Below, in pieces: positions 36,732-47,216 of a stretch of DNA of 64,000 nt. The notes beneath the pieces were generated by a model. The model had not been told where the DNA came from, ran no database searches, and saw nothing but the letters and a program-made list of their open reading frames with translations. Position 1 is the stretch's first letter. Every line of letters starts with the position of its first letter. A program made the translations under genes and the position numbers. Origin of the DNA: Dehalococcoidia bacterium (lineage in GTDB: Bacteria; Chloroflexota; Dehalococcoidia; Lucifugimonadales; UBA3495); contig CAXXWY010000022.1 of the NCBI GenBank assembly GCA_963668505.2, positions 86,613 through 150,612 of the forward strand, in the 5' to 3' direction.

Positions 36732-37356
36732 GTTAGACCCCCGCCTTCGCGGGGGTGACGGTGGTAGTGTGCCGTGAGTGACGGTGGTAATGTGCCGGGG
36801 GTGACGTGCCCCCCCCCACCCGCTCACCCTGAGCTTGTCGAAGGGCTGTTGCGCCTCCAACTCGTCGCCCGTTCGTGTCCTTCGAGAGCCTCAGGACGAA
36901 CGGGCTGGCCCTCCGCCTCCGCGGGGGTGACGGTGGTGTTGCGCGGGGGTGACGGGTGGGGGAGTATTGTCATTCCGAGCGGAGCCGAGGAATCCCCCCC
37001 GGACGTGCAACCATCCTTGGCGGCCGAGATTCTTCGTCGCAGGCTCCTCAGAATGACAGGGGGGCAGGCTGGTGTCCCCGGCCCACCCGCTCTCCCTGAG
37101 CTTGTCGAAGGGCTGTTGCGCCTCCAACTCGTCGCCCGGCCGTGTCCTTCGAGAGCCTCAGAGCTTGCCCCGTACCTGATACGGGGACGAACGGGCTGGC
37201 ACTCTCCTAATGCTGCAACTCCGGGAGGCCGTATTCCCAGGCATGGTCCCGGTAATGCGGCAACTCCGGAAGGCCGTACTCCCGGGCATGGTCTTGGTGA
37301 TGACGGAGAATCAGGACGCCTACTCCGCCCATTCTCCGGTCACAACTGCACGCACG
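36732..37356. repeat. Array of GC-rich REP/MITE-like palindromic elements (several families)
   Basis: cccccgc-N4-gcggggg hairpins; two units cccacccgctc(a/t)ccctgagcttgtcgaagggctg... (36815-36912, 37083-37200); 91-bp palindromic element tgtcattccgag...ctcagaatgaca at 36968-37058. Confidence 0.8.
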
Positions 37357-40300
37357 CTACTGGATTCGGTGCCAGCCGCTCCAGGAGCCCCAGATGACGT
37401 TGAACGCCCGCACCCGGAAGAAGGTGCCGTGGTTCGAGAAGTTCCTGCAATGCTGATTGCCGCCCACGTACTTGCTGGTCGTTGTGCTCTCGCCCGCGCT
37501 GCTGGTGTTGATCGACCGCTTACACTCTATCCCGTACTTGCTGATCCCGGTATGGCCGGTGCCCGTGTTGCTGGGCGCTGTCCAGCTTGCATTCCAGTTG
37601 CTCGTGTTGATGCTAAGGCCCGTCGGCGTGCCCGGCGCTTGGAGCGCGGCTAGCGACGACGACTGCGCCCACGCGCTGGCCGCGTTGCCGCTGCCCGTGG
37701 CGCGCAGGCGAATGACGTAGGCGTTGCCCTTGTCCAGCCCGGTGACGCTGTGGCTGGTGGCCGACGATCCTATCGTGCCGCCGCAGGCCGACCATGTGGA
37801 GCCGCTGTCGGTGCTGCACTCCGCCGCGTAGCCCGTGCGCCCCGTGCTCGACGACGGCGCAGGCCAAGAGAGCGCGACGCTGTCGCTGTTGGCCGTCGCG
37901 CTGTAGGTGCGCGTCGCGGAGAGGCCCGTGGGCGGGCTGAGCGGCGTGTGTGAACGCCGCCGACGCTATCTCCGTCGCGCAGGCGGAGTCGCTGTACGCC
38001 CTGAAGGTGTAGTCCGTGTTGACCGCCAGGCTGCTCAGCGCATGGGAGTAGTCCGACTCGCCCGCCGTGCACGTTCCGGTGTTCGGCGAGGTCTCCTTCA
38101 GCCACCAGCCGCCCGCCTTGCCCGTCAGCGTCAGCGTGGCGGTCGTGCTGGTGACGTCGCTCACCACGAGCGACTGCCCCGGCGGCACCGCCGCCACCTC
38201 GAGCTTCAGCGGCACGCCGCTGTTGTCCCAGACGTTTCCGGGGCGATGCCTGCCGTTGTCCGCAAGCGACCAGCCGTTGGCCGAGGGGACCCTCGTCTCG
38301 CCGGTCGAGCCCGTCCTGGCGATGTCGTAGTAGTTGGAGCCGCCGGGGGCGTTGGGCGCGCTCAGCCAGATGTAGTAGGTCGTGTTCCTCGACAACGAGC
38401 AGTTGTTTGTGCTGCTGGGCGTGCAGGCGTAAGTGTAGTTCCCGTTCCCGGTGGGGTCGCTGCCGCTCAGCGTGGCCAGCGCCGGTCCGATGTTCACCCC
38501 CGAAGCCGAGTGCAGCTTCACCGTGAACTCGCCCGGGCTGCCCGTCTTCCCGTTGACGCGGATGGTGATGCTCGACAGCGTGTAGCCGCTCGTGTTCGAG
38601 CCGGTGGTGAAGCCTTGCGCCGCGACCGAGCCCTGCTGGTAATGGCCGACTTTGTAGGAGCCCGACCCCGTCGCGCCTATGTTGCTCACCGTCACCGCCG
38701 TTGTGAACGTCACGCTGCGGAGCGCCGTCGTGCAGGTGGCGTCGCCGTACGCCGCGTAGGCGTAAGTACTGCCCGCCGTGAGGCTGCTCAGCGCGTGGGA
38801 GAAGTCGGCCTCGCCCGCCTCGCAGGTCCCGGCGGGCGCGGGCGATGTCCGCTTCAGCCACCAACTGCCCGTGTGCCCCGTCAGCGTCAGCGTCGCCGTG
38901 GTCGTGTGGATGCCGCTCACGGCGATCCAGTTCGCCTCCGTGGTGAACGACGTCCTGCCGATAACCGTCGTGCAGGACGAATCGCTGTACGCCTCGTAGG
39001 TGTACGCCGTGCCGCGATTGAGGTTCGATAGGTCAAGGGCGGCGCCGTAGCCCACGCCGGACGAGCACGTCCCGCCGCTGGGCGTCGTGTACTTCGCGTA
39101 CCAGTTGCCCGTGCCGCTGCCGGAGAGCGTGAGCGTCGCCGTCGTGTCCGTGACGCTGCTCGCCGTCATCGTGCGCAGCGTGGTGAACGTCCCGCTGGCG
39201 ACCACCTGCTTGCAGGCGGAATCCCGGTAAGCCGCGTAGGTGTACCCCGTGTTCTGTTGCAGGCCCGTGAGGGCGAGCGTCGAGCCATTGGCAATGGCGG
39301 ACGAGCACGCCCCGCCGGCGGGGGTGATCCGCTTCGTGTGCCAGGCGCTCTCGCCGCCCTCGTTGGCCAGCGTCAGCGTTGCCGTCGACGTGGCGATGTC
39401 GCTGGCGGTGAGCGACGGCGCGTCATGGCCGTACTCCACGCTGAACATGACCGCGCGCACCAGGCGCGTCCACGTCGAGCCGCCGTCGTCCGTGTGCCGG
39501 ATCTCGTTGGCGATGCTGAACCCGCTGTCGGCGGGCGACGCCGTCTCGTTGTTCGTGCCCGACCGCTGCCAGTAGTAGGCCCGCCCCGTGGTGCCGCTGC
39601 AGTCCTGCACTCCCTCGACGGTGCGGCATTGCGGCACGGGGACGCTGAGCACGACGTAGTAGGTCTCGCCGGAGTCAAGGGCGCAGCCGTCGCCGGAGCA
39701 GGTGTATATCCCTTGGGAGTTCTCCGGCGGCCGCGCCGGGCCGCTGAGCGCGGCGTTGGCAATCGCCGTCCCAGGGTTGCCGTCGCTCCCCGCGCTGAAG
39801 AGACGCACGTTCAGGTCATACTCGGGGGCCGGCATTCCGATGCCGCTGTCCCCGAACAGGAGCGTTACGCGATTGAGGGTGAAGCTGTCCGCGCCCGTTC
39901 CCGTGGTGAAGGAGCTCGCCGTCCAGTCGTTGGCCGACCAGCCCACGGGCATGGTGGAGCCTACCTGCCGCTGGCCCAGGTTGCTCACGCTCGCCTTTGC
40001 GGTCGTGAACGTCACGTCCGTGTCGAATGCCGGGGAGCAGGGCGCGGCCTCAGTGGACATGTACGCCTTGAAGGTGTATTCCGTGCCGGGTGTGAGGCCG
40101 GTGACGGGCGCGCTCGCGACCCCTTGGCTGCCGAAGCCGTCGAAGTGGCCCACGCAGGCGGCGCCGGTCTCGGTCGATTTGTACCCCCAGGTGCTGTTGG
40201 ACCCCACGTTGTAGGCGAGGAAGGTCGCGGTCGTCGCGGTCACGTTCTCGACACCTCCCCTGGACGAGGATGCGGGGAAGAGGTGCTTGCTCGCGATTGC

Positions 40301-42817
40301 GTCCGCGGCGTCGCAGCCGTCCTTGCTGTACGCCTCGAAGGCGTACTGGTTCCTGTTGGTGTGGTCGAAGGTGAAGCCGGTCAGCGTCACCGACGAGGTC
40401 CCTTCAGCGACGGACGTGCAGGTCCCGGCGGTGGGGGCGGTCTGCTGGTACCACCACGCCGCCGTCGTCGTCCCATCCGCCTTCGTCCAGTTGACGATGT
40501 TGATCGTCAAGGTGTCCGCGCTCGTGTCCGCGCTGCCGTCCAGGCGGACGGTCTTGAAGGAGACGGCTCCGACCGCGGCGGCGCAGCCGGAATCGACGTA
40601 TGCGGTGTAGGTGTAGCTCTCCCCCGGGGTCAGGCTGAGCGCCACGCTCTTCTGCCCGTAGCCCACGGCATAGCAGGTGTCGTCGCCGCTGGGCGCGGTG
40701 CGCTTGTACCACCAGTTGGTCAGCAGGCCGGAGCCCTCGATGACGAGCGTCGCCGAGTTGTCCGTGACCCCGTCCGCGCGCAGCCCGTACAGCGTTGTGA
40801 AGGTGGCCGTGGTGACGGCGTCGCCGAGGCACTGCCGGTTGTCGTAGGCGGCGTAGGTGTAGGCCCGCCCCGGCAGCAAGCCGGTGATGTTCACCGATGC
40901 GCCGCCCGCCGACGTGCAGAGGCTGTCGTTGGGCGAGGTCTGCGCGTACCACCAGTCGCCTGTGGACGTAACTGTGAGCGTCGCCCCCTCTGTCGTCTCG
41001 GCGCTGGCGCTCATCTGGACCGCTGCGTTGGCGTTGGCCGCGACGATGCTCACCATGCCGACCCTGTCCGACTGCCAGCGGAGCTGACCATTGTTGTTCG
41101 TTAGACCGCTGTTGGCGATGGACCAGCCGTTGCCGGCGGGAGTGTTGACCTCGCTGCCCGAGTTCGTCGTCCGCAGCCTATGGCCCTGGATGCTGACCCC
41201 CCCGGCTGCGGTGCTCATGACGATGAAGTAGGTGGTGTTGGGGTCGAGCGCACAGTCCGTCCCGGAGCAGTTCCAGGTGTTATTGGCGCCGGTGCCCGGT
41301 TGGCCGGGGCCGTCGCTCAGCGTGACCTTGGCCGTCGCCGCGGGGTGGTTCGAGTTGTTGGCGTCCGGCGCGTGGATGGCCACCACGATGTCCGGAGGAT
41401 TGCTTTGTTTCTGGTGGAAGAAACCGCTGACGCTGCTGAGGGTGTAGCCGCCAAGCCTGCCGCCCGTGGTGAAGGCGACGGCGCACTTGGAGCCGCCGGT
41501 GCGGTCGCCCACCGAGCAGGTGTAGTTCCACTGCTGGCCGATGTTGCTGACGGAGACGTTGCCGGGGGACAGGTTGGCCTGGGTCTGCGCCGTTGCCGAG
41601 GCGATCTCCGCGCCGCCGCACTGGCCGTTGCCGTAGGCGGTGATGGTGTAGCCGGTGTCCGAGTCGAGGCCGGTAACCGTCGCCTCCGAGCCGTTGACCG
41701 GCCCGGTGCAGGTCACGGACTGGGCGGATGCGATGCCCGCGCCGCCTGTGTTCGCCCCGCCGCCGGAGGTCTGGCTGGTGGTGTAGTACCACTCGCCGCT
41801 GTAGTTGTCCATGGTGAGAGTGGCGCCGGTCGGCGTCGGGTCGGTGACGGTCAGCGTGGGCGGCGGCGTGTACGGCCCGATGGACGGCGAGTTGCGCCAG
41901 TTGCTGCCGCCGGCGCTGTTCTTGGCGCGCACACCGACGATGTAGGTGGAGTCGTTGTCAGCGTCGATTTCGATGCTAGTCTCGGCGTGATCGAGGGCGG
42001 CGAGCTGCCAGCTCTGCGCGCCGTCGTCGGTGTAGGTGACGTGGTAGCCGGTCGCGCCGCTCGGAGCATCCCAAGACGCCGTCAGCGTCCCGTCGGAGCG
42101 GGTTACGGTGACGGATGCGACCGCGCCGGGCGGCGTGGGCCCGGGCGTGTAGGGACCGACAGCGGGCGAGTTGACCCAGTTGCTGCCGCCGCTGCTGTTC
42201 TTGGCTCGCACGCCGACGATGTAGGTCTTGGCGTTGTCCGCGCTGAACGTGATGCTCGTTCCGGTGTGGCTGAGGGCGGCGAGTTGCCAGCTCTGCGCGC
42301 CGTCGTCGGTGTAGGTTACGTGGTAGCTGGTCGCGCCCGCGGGGGCTGTCCAGCTTGCGGCGAGTGAGCCGTCGGCGCGGGTTACGGTGACGGATGCGAC
42401 CGCATCGGGCGGGGTTGGCGTAGGCGTGGGCGTGTACGGGCCGCTGGACGGCGAGTTGACCCAGCCGCTTCCGCCGTTGTCGTTCTTGGCGCGTACGCCG
42501 ACGATGTAGGTCTTGGCGTTGTCGGCGGAGATGGCGATGCTGTTCGAGGCGTGGGCCAGGGCGGCCAAGTCCCAGCTTGCGCCGCCGGTGGAGCTATAGG
42601 TTACGTGGTAGGAGGTTGCGCCGCTGGGGGCGTCCCAGGTTGCGGTGAGTTGGCCGTCGGAGCGGGTGACGTTTACTGAGGACACCGCATCGGGAGCGTC
42701 CAGCGAACCCTGGGCCGAGGCGGTGGCGGCCCAAGCCGATGCGGCGACTACGGCCGCCAGCAATGCCGCAAACAGCCAGATGGATGGAGATTGTGAAAGT
42801 CTATGCCGTATACCCAT
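37357..42817 (-). CDS. Giant secreted protein (~1,820 aa) made of FN3-like and other beta-sandwich repeats; one apparent frameshift near 37945
   Basis: Track ORF 37613..42817 (signal peptide AASAWAATASAQG; three FN3-like units ...TATWDAPSGATSYHVTY...; many TTG..GYTLSS modules). Its last ~110 aa are low-complexity Arg/Gln-rich sequence unlike the rest of the protein. Hand translation of the frame starting at 37944 gives two more FN3-like units (PLSPPTGLSATRTYSATANSDSVALSW...RLRATGSGNAASAW...; ...NASWTAPSNTG...FFRVRAFN) ending at TAG 37357-37359. Confidence 0.75.
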
Positions 42818-42972
42818 GCCAGGCCCCCGGTCGCTATCTCGTTAAGATAACTTCTTGCTGATATTCAGAAGTGATTTACAGGATATTTTTATTAAGAACT
42901 GATTGACACTGATTCATCGGGGTATTTCATCAGGATATGCTGCTTAAATCAGCGTGACGTTGCCTGCGAGAG

Positions 42973-43001
42973 ATTGTATAGCCTTTTGCCGAGATTTACA
43001 A
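42973..43001 (-). promoter_or_regulatory. Candidate sigma-70-like promoter of the giant gene
   Basis: Minus strand TTGTAA (42996-43001), 17 nt, TACAAT (42973-42978); about 150-nt AT-rich leader to ATG 42817. Confidence 0.35.
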
Positions 43002-43980
43002 TCAAAGCGGGCCGGGGGTTTGAGATTCCTCGGCTACCCCTCGGAATGACAATACTCCACCACCGTCACCCCCGCGCACCCTACCGTCACCCCTGCGGAG
43101 GCGGGGGTCTAACGCCCGACGGCTCCCAGGGCGCGAGATTCCCGCCTGCGGAGACCTTTGCGTAACCGTCATTCCGGCCCCCACTGTCATTCTGAGGAGC
43201 CTGCGACGAAGAATCTTGGCCGCCGGGGGATGGTTGCGCGTCCGGGGGGAGATTCCTCGGCTACGCTCGGAATGACATGGTTGGGGCGCGGGGCGGCCCT
43301 TCGACAAGCTCAGGGAGAGCGGAGGTCCCGTTCGTGGTGAGGCCAAGCGCGCCAGCCCGTTCGTGGTGAGCCTGTCCTGAGCTCGTCGAAGGGGCCTGTC
43401 GAACCAAACCGAACGGGCGGCGGGTTGGAGGCGCAACAGCCGCCCCAGCTACTGACAACTTGCCCCTTCCCAAACCCCCGCCCGCTGTCTTACCATAACA
43501 ACAGGCAACCGCGGCCCAGCCGCCGCCCCCAAAAAACCAATCGGCCACTGAGGCCCCAGGCACCCGATGTCAGAACAGAGTCAAACCCCGGCCCACCCGC
43601 CAAAATGGGAGAGAATGGGAGGAAATGGGAGGGGATCTAAAATTTTCCCCGCCCCAGATTCCTCGGCTGTGCTCGGAATGAAAGTGGGCCTGGTAGCCCG
43701 TTCGTGGTGAGCGTGGGGAGCGCCAGCCCGTTCGTGGTGAGCCTGTCGAACCAAACCGAACGGGCGACGGGTTGGAGGCGCGGCAGCCCTTCGACAAGCT
43801 CAGGGAGAGCGGGGGTGGGGGGTTACACGTCACCCCCGCACATTGCCACCGTCACCCCCGCGGAGGCGGGGGTCTAACGGGCGGCGGCTCCCAGGCGCGA
43901 GATTCCCGCCTGCGCGGGAATGACGGGTTGGGGGGAGGGATAAGTCAGATGGGAGCAGGGCTAAGCCGGTTGGGGCTGGG
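43002..43980. repeat. Array of REP/MITE-like elements, largely the same families as 36732-37356 but in opposite orientation
   Basis: 93-bp element at 43185-43277 is the reverse complement of 36968-37058; cagcccttcgacaagctcagggagagcgg units at 43283-43440 and 43690-43815; intact REP hairpin gagattcccgcctgcgcgggaatgac at 43899-43924. Confidence 0.8.
43443..43655. repeat. Right arm of the inverted-repeat pair (partner 34127..34378)
   Basis: See left arm; contains AATGGGA x3 at 43604, 43614 and 43624. Confidence 0.8.
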
Positions 43981-45190
43981 CTAGGTCGGTTGGGGGCCGA
44001 TTACGCCCCTCTGTCTCAAGTCGGCAATTTGGGCCTGGCTGTAGCCGGATTCGGCGAGTATCTCTTCGTTGTGCTCGCCCAGGCAGGGGCGGGTAGCGCC
44101 GGACGGATGGCGGAGTGGCGGTCAGCTTCAGAGGAGACCCGGGGACCTTTAGGCCGGGGGACTTCCGGATGGGGGGCTTCCACCACCATGTTCCGGTGCT
44201 GCACCTGGTGGGTCGCCAATCACCTGGGAGACGCTGTTGATGGGTCCGCAGGGCACCCCGGCATCGGAAATCAATCTTACCCAGTGGGCCACCGGCTTCT
44301 CCCGGAACACCTGGCTAAGGGCCTCCACGCATTCGACGCGGTGGGTCACGCGGTCGGTGTTGGTGACGAACCTGGGGTCGTCGATAAATTCAGGCCGTCC
44401 AATAACCCGGCACATACGTTCCCACAAGCCTTGGTTGCCGCATCCCAGGATGAAAAAGCCATCGGAGGCCGGGAAGCTCTGGTAAGGCGTCAAGCTGGGG
44501 TGGGCGGAACCCATGCGCTGGGGGTCCTTGCCGTCGGCCAAGTAAGCGGTGCCATGGTAGCTCATGGCCGCCACCTGGCCGTCCAGTAGGGAAGTGTCAA
44601 TCCACTGTCCCTCGCCAGTCCGTTCGCGGTGGGTAGAGGGCGGTCATGATGCTGCCGTAGGCCAGCATGCCGGTGAAGAGGTCCACCATCGAGAACCCCA
44701 CTCTCACCGGCGGGCCGTCGGGTTCTCCGGTCAGGTACATCAACCCGCTGTAGGCTTGGATTATCAGGTCATAGCCCGGCTTATCGGCCATGGGGCCGGT
44801 GCGGCCGTAGCCCGAGATAGAGCAATAGACGATTCCGGGGTTTACTTTTCGCACCGCTTCGTAACCCAAGCCCATGCGGTCCAATGCGCCGGTGCGAAAG
44901 CTCTCTATCATGACGTCGGCCTTGGCCGCCAAGCCCAGCACCAAGTCTACGCCTTCCTTTTCCTTGAGATTTACCGACAGGCTGCGCTTGCTGCGGTTGA
45001 AGGAAGCGAACTGGGTGCTGAGGTTGTCCCAGAAGGGGACCCAATGGCGGGTCTCGTCTCCCAGCGACGGCTCTTCGACCTTGACCACTTCGGCCCCCAT
45101 GTCACCCATCATCTGGGTGCAAAAAGGCCCGGCGAGAGTGCGAGTCAGGTCCACCACCTTGACGTTTTCAAGCGCCGAAGCCATCGTCAC
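43981..45190 (-). pseudogene. Family-III CoA-transferase (CaiB/BaiF-like), at least 4 frameshifts
   Basis: ORF 44597..45190 (VKVVDLTRTLAGPFCTQMMGDMGAEVVKVEEP), ORF 44149..44574, ORF 44016..44219 and two further hand-translated frames (…HRERTGEGQWIDTSLLDGQVAAM…, …EHNEEILAESGYSQAQIADLRQRGVI*) are colinear pieces of one gene. Confidence 0.8.
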
Positions 45191-45236
45191 CTCTCAAGAA
45201 CTGTGGAAATTCACGCGTCCGGCAGGCCAACGGGGA

Positions 45237-45860
45237 TTATAGCATGGGAGCCGGCTGGAAAGTGGGCAGCGAGCCTAAGGGGCCGCCGGCGGGCGGGTCG
45301 GGGGACTGGGCGGGAGGCTGACGCCCCGGAGCGGCGGCGACTGGGCCGCAGATGACTTGGGCCATGATCAACAGAACCACCGCCCACCAGAAGGCGGAGT
45401 CTCGTATCTCGGCGATGATGGCAAGGGCGGTCAAGAACAACACCAAGGCGGCCACGGCGAGAGCGGCGTATTGAGCGACTTGGGCCGCCAACCTTTGTGC
45501 GGTAAACAGCAGTATCCAGCAGCAGTAAGCAGCGGAGCCGGCAGCGATGGATGCAATAGCTGCGGCCTTCCAGAAAGCGTCGGAATCAGGCGTGCCCACA
45601 GACCGACAACCATCAAGAGGAAGCCTACGGCGGAGGCCAATACGCCGGCAGCGGTCAATACGGAATATCTGCTGCGGGTCGCCAGAAATGCCGGGGCCAG
45701 GGCCAGCAGGCAGAACCCGGACAGGGACAAGGCAGTAAGCAGCAACCGGCCCCGGGTCTTGGTGTATTCACCCAGGACGGCCCATGGCCAGCACTATCAG
45801 CACTGCAGCGGCCAAAGAGGCCACTATTCCGGCCAGGAATACCTTGGGGTTTATGCGGTT
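45237..45860 (-). pseudogene. Multi-TM membrane protein, at least 2 frameshifts, unknown family
   Basis: Hydrophobic segments in ORFs 45768..45971, 45431..45745 and 45237..45599 join by hand translation (…LIVLAMG|AVLGEYTKTRGRLLLTALSLSG… ; …VVGLWA|…DSDAFWKAAAIASIAAG…). Confidence 0.3.
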
Positions 45861-45933
45861 CGTGAGGGTAACAAGCACTGCTCTATGCCGTAGTGTGGGA
45901 CATGATAGCCCATCGTGGTATCCTGTGAAAGCC

Positions 45934-46434
45934 ATGCCGCCAGACAGCAAATACTGCGCCGTTTGCGCCACCGTGTTGGAAGTCCGGGAAGTTGCCGGCC
46001 GCCAGCGGCCAGTCTGCCCGGCGTGCGGGCACGTTGTCTACGACGACCCCAAAGTCGCGGCGATATGCATCGTGGAACGGGACTTGCGGGTATTGATGGT
46101 GAAGCGAGGTAACCAGCCGGGCGCGGGCCTTTGGAGCATGCCCGGCGGATACGTGGACCGAGGGGAAGTCGTGGAGGAAGCGGCGGTGCGGGAGGTCTTG
46201 GAGGAGACGGGCCTGCAAGTGAAGGTAGAGCGGCTGGTGGGGTTGTTCTCGAAGCCGGAGCATCCGGTCATCGTAGCTGCCTACGCCGCCCGGGAAGTGG
46301 GCGGGGTACTGAAGGCCGGTCCGGAAGCCCTGGACGTGGGGTTCTTCCCTCTTGACGACCTGCCGCCTCTGGCGTTTGCCGGGGACCTATCGATCCTCGA
46401 CGGGTGGAAGAGCCGCCGATACGGCGGAGATTGA
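45934..46434 (+). CDS. NUDIX hydrolase with N-terminal zinc-ribbon
   Basis: Start at ATG 45934 (MPPDSKYCAVC...CPACGH); Nudix box GGYVDRGEVVEEAAVREVLEETGL. Confidence 0.85.
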   Translation: MPPDSKYCAVCATVLEVREVAGRQRPVCPACGHVVYDDPKVAAICIVERDLRVLMVKRGNQPGAGLWSMPGGYVDRGEVVEEAAVREVLEETGLQVKVERLVGLFSKPEHPVIVAAYAAREVGGVLKAGPEALDVGFFPLDDLPPLAFAGDLSILDGWKSRRYGGD

Positions 46435-46448
46435 GCCGCGAGGTGAAG

Positions 46449-47149
46449 ATGGCGGCAATCCATGGCCTGCTGGCCAAGCTGGGCAAAGAGGCCGTGGACC
46501 TTCTGTTTCCGATGTACTGCGCCGGCTGTGGGGGCCCGGGCGGCATCCTGTGTGAAACCTGCCAGCCCGGACTGGCCAAGCTGACGCCGCCGTTCTGCCG
46601 CATTTGCGCTTCTCCCGACGGCCAGTCCCCGTGCCACTGGTGTGAAGAAAGCCCTCTGTCGGTCGATGGAGTCCGGGCGCCGTTTTTGATGGCGGGAGCG
46701 GTGCGGGAGTCGATATACAGCCTGAAGTTCAGGGGGATACGGGCTGCGGCCCCGGACTTGGCCCGGCTGTTGGCTCAATACCTGGCCAGCCGTGATGTGC
46801 CGGGGGAGGTAATCGTGCCGGTGCCGCTGCACCGGCGGCGGCCTCAGGAACCGGGGCTATAACCAGTCGGAGTTGCTGTCCAAGGAACTGTCGAAATTTA
46901 CGGGCCTGCCGATGGAGAAGGGCCTGTTGACCCGGGTCAAGGATACCCTGCCCCAGGCGCGAACCACTAGCCGGTCTCAACGCCGGACCAACGTAGATGG
47001 AAGTTTCCAAGCCGCCGGAGACCTGGCAGGGTTGAAAGCGCTTCTAATCGACGACGTGGTGACCACCGGGGCCACTATGTCGTCATGCGCCGAGGCGTTG
47101 AAGAGAGGCGGGAGCGGCGTCTGTGTGGGGGTTGGCCCTGGCGCGGTAG
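46449..47149 (+). pseudogene. comF: ComF-family phosphoribosyltransferase-like protein, 2 apparent frameshifts
   Basis: MAAIHGLL...LFPMYCAGCG...CETC (zinc finger), ...VPLHRRR|LRNRGYNQSELLSKEL..., LLIDDVVTTGATM (PRT motif), and hand-translated terminus EAGAASVWGLALAR* (TAG 47147-47149); frame changes near 46841-46845 and 47100-47106. Confidence 0.75.
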
Positions 47150-47216
47150 GGCTAGGAGCAATTTCAAAACTCTCGCCCTTCGACAAGCTCAGGGTGAACG
47201 GGGGTTGGGGGCGGGT

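Noticed and set aside
34000-37356. Possible CRISPR array, because of many short palindromic GC-rich repeats (also 43002..43980 and 57506..58060)
   Set aside because: The repeats belong to several different families, occur in both orientations with irregular spacing and no unique spacers of constant length, and no cas genes are present. They are REP/MITE-like arrays.
36774-37397. ORFs spanning repeat arrays (also 34218..34667, 43002..43436, 43261..43563, 31292..31936, 36462..36860)
   Set aside because: Their translations are concatenated repeat peptides (PELVEGLLRLQ, FDKLRESG, HSEEPATKNLG, DPRLRGGDG), which shows that they simply read through REP/MITE units.
39257-41104. 615-aa plus-strand ORF (also 37907..39031, 41180..42367 and 37770..38864)
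   Set aside because: These are antisense or out of frame within the giant gene. Their Arg/Gly/Ala/Pro-rich low-complexity translations are typical of shadow ORFs in high-GC coding DNA. The minus-strand frame has clear domain repeats.
34433-42817. Diversity-generating retroelement (repeat cassette next to a large repeat-rich surface protein)
   Set aside because: There is no reverse transcriptase ORF and the duplicated cassette shows no similarity to the giant gene.
33996-43700. Prophage or integrative element at tRNA-Ile
   Set aside because: There are no integrase, excisionase, capsid, tail or replication genes and no direct repeat of the tRNA 3' end. Only inverted arms are present, and these are reported separately.
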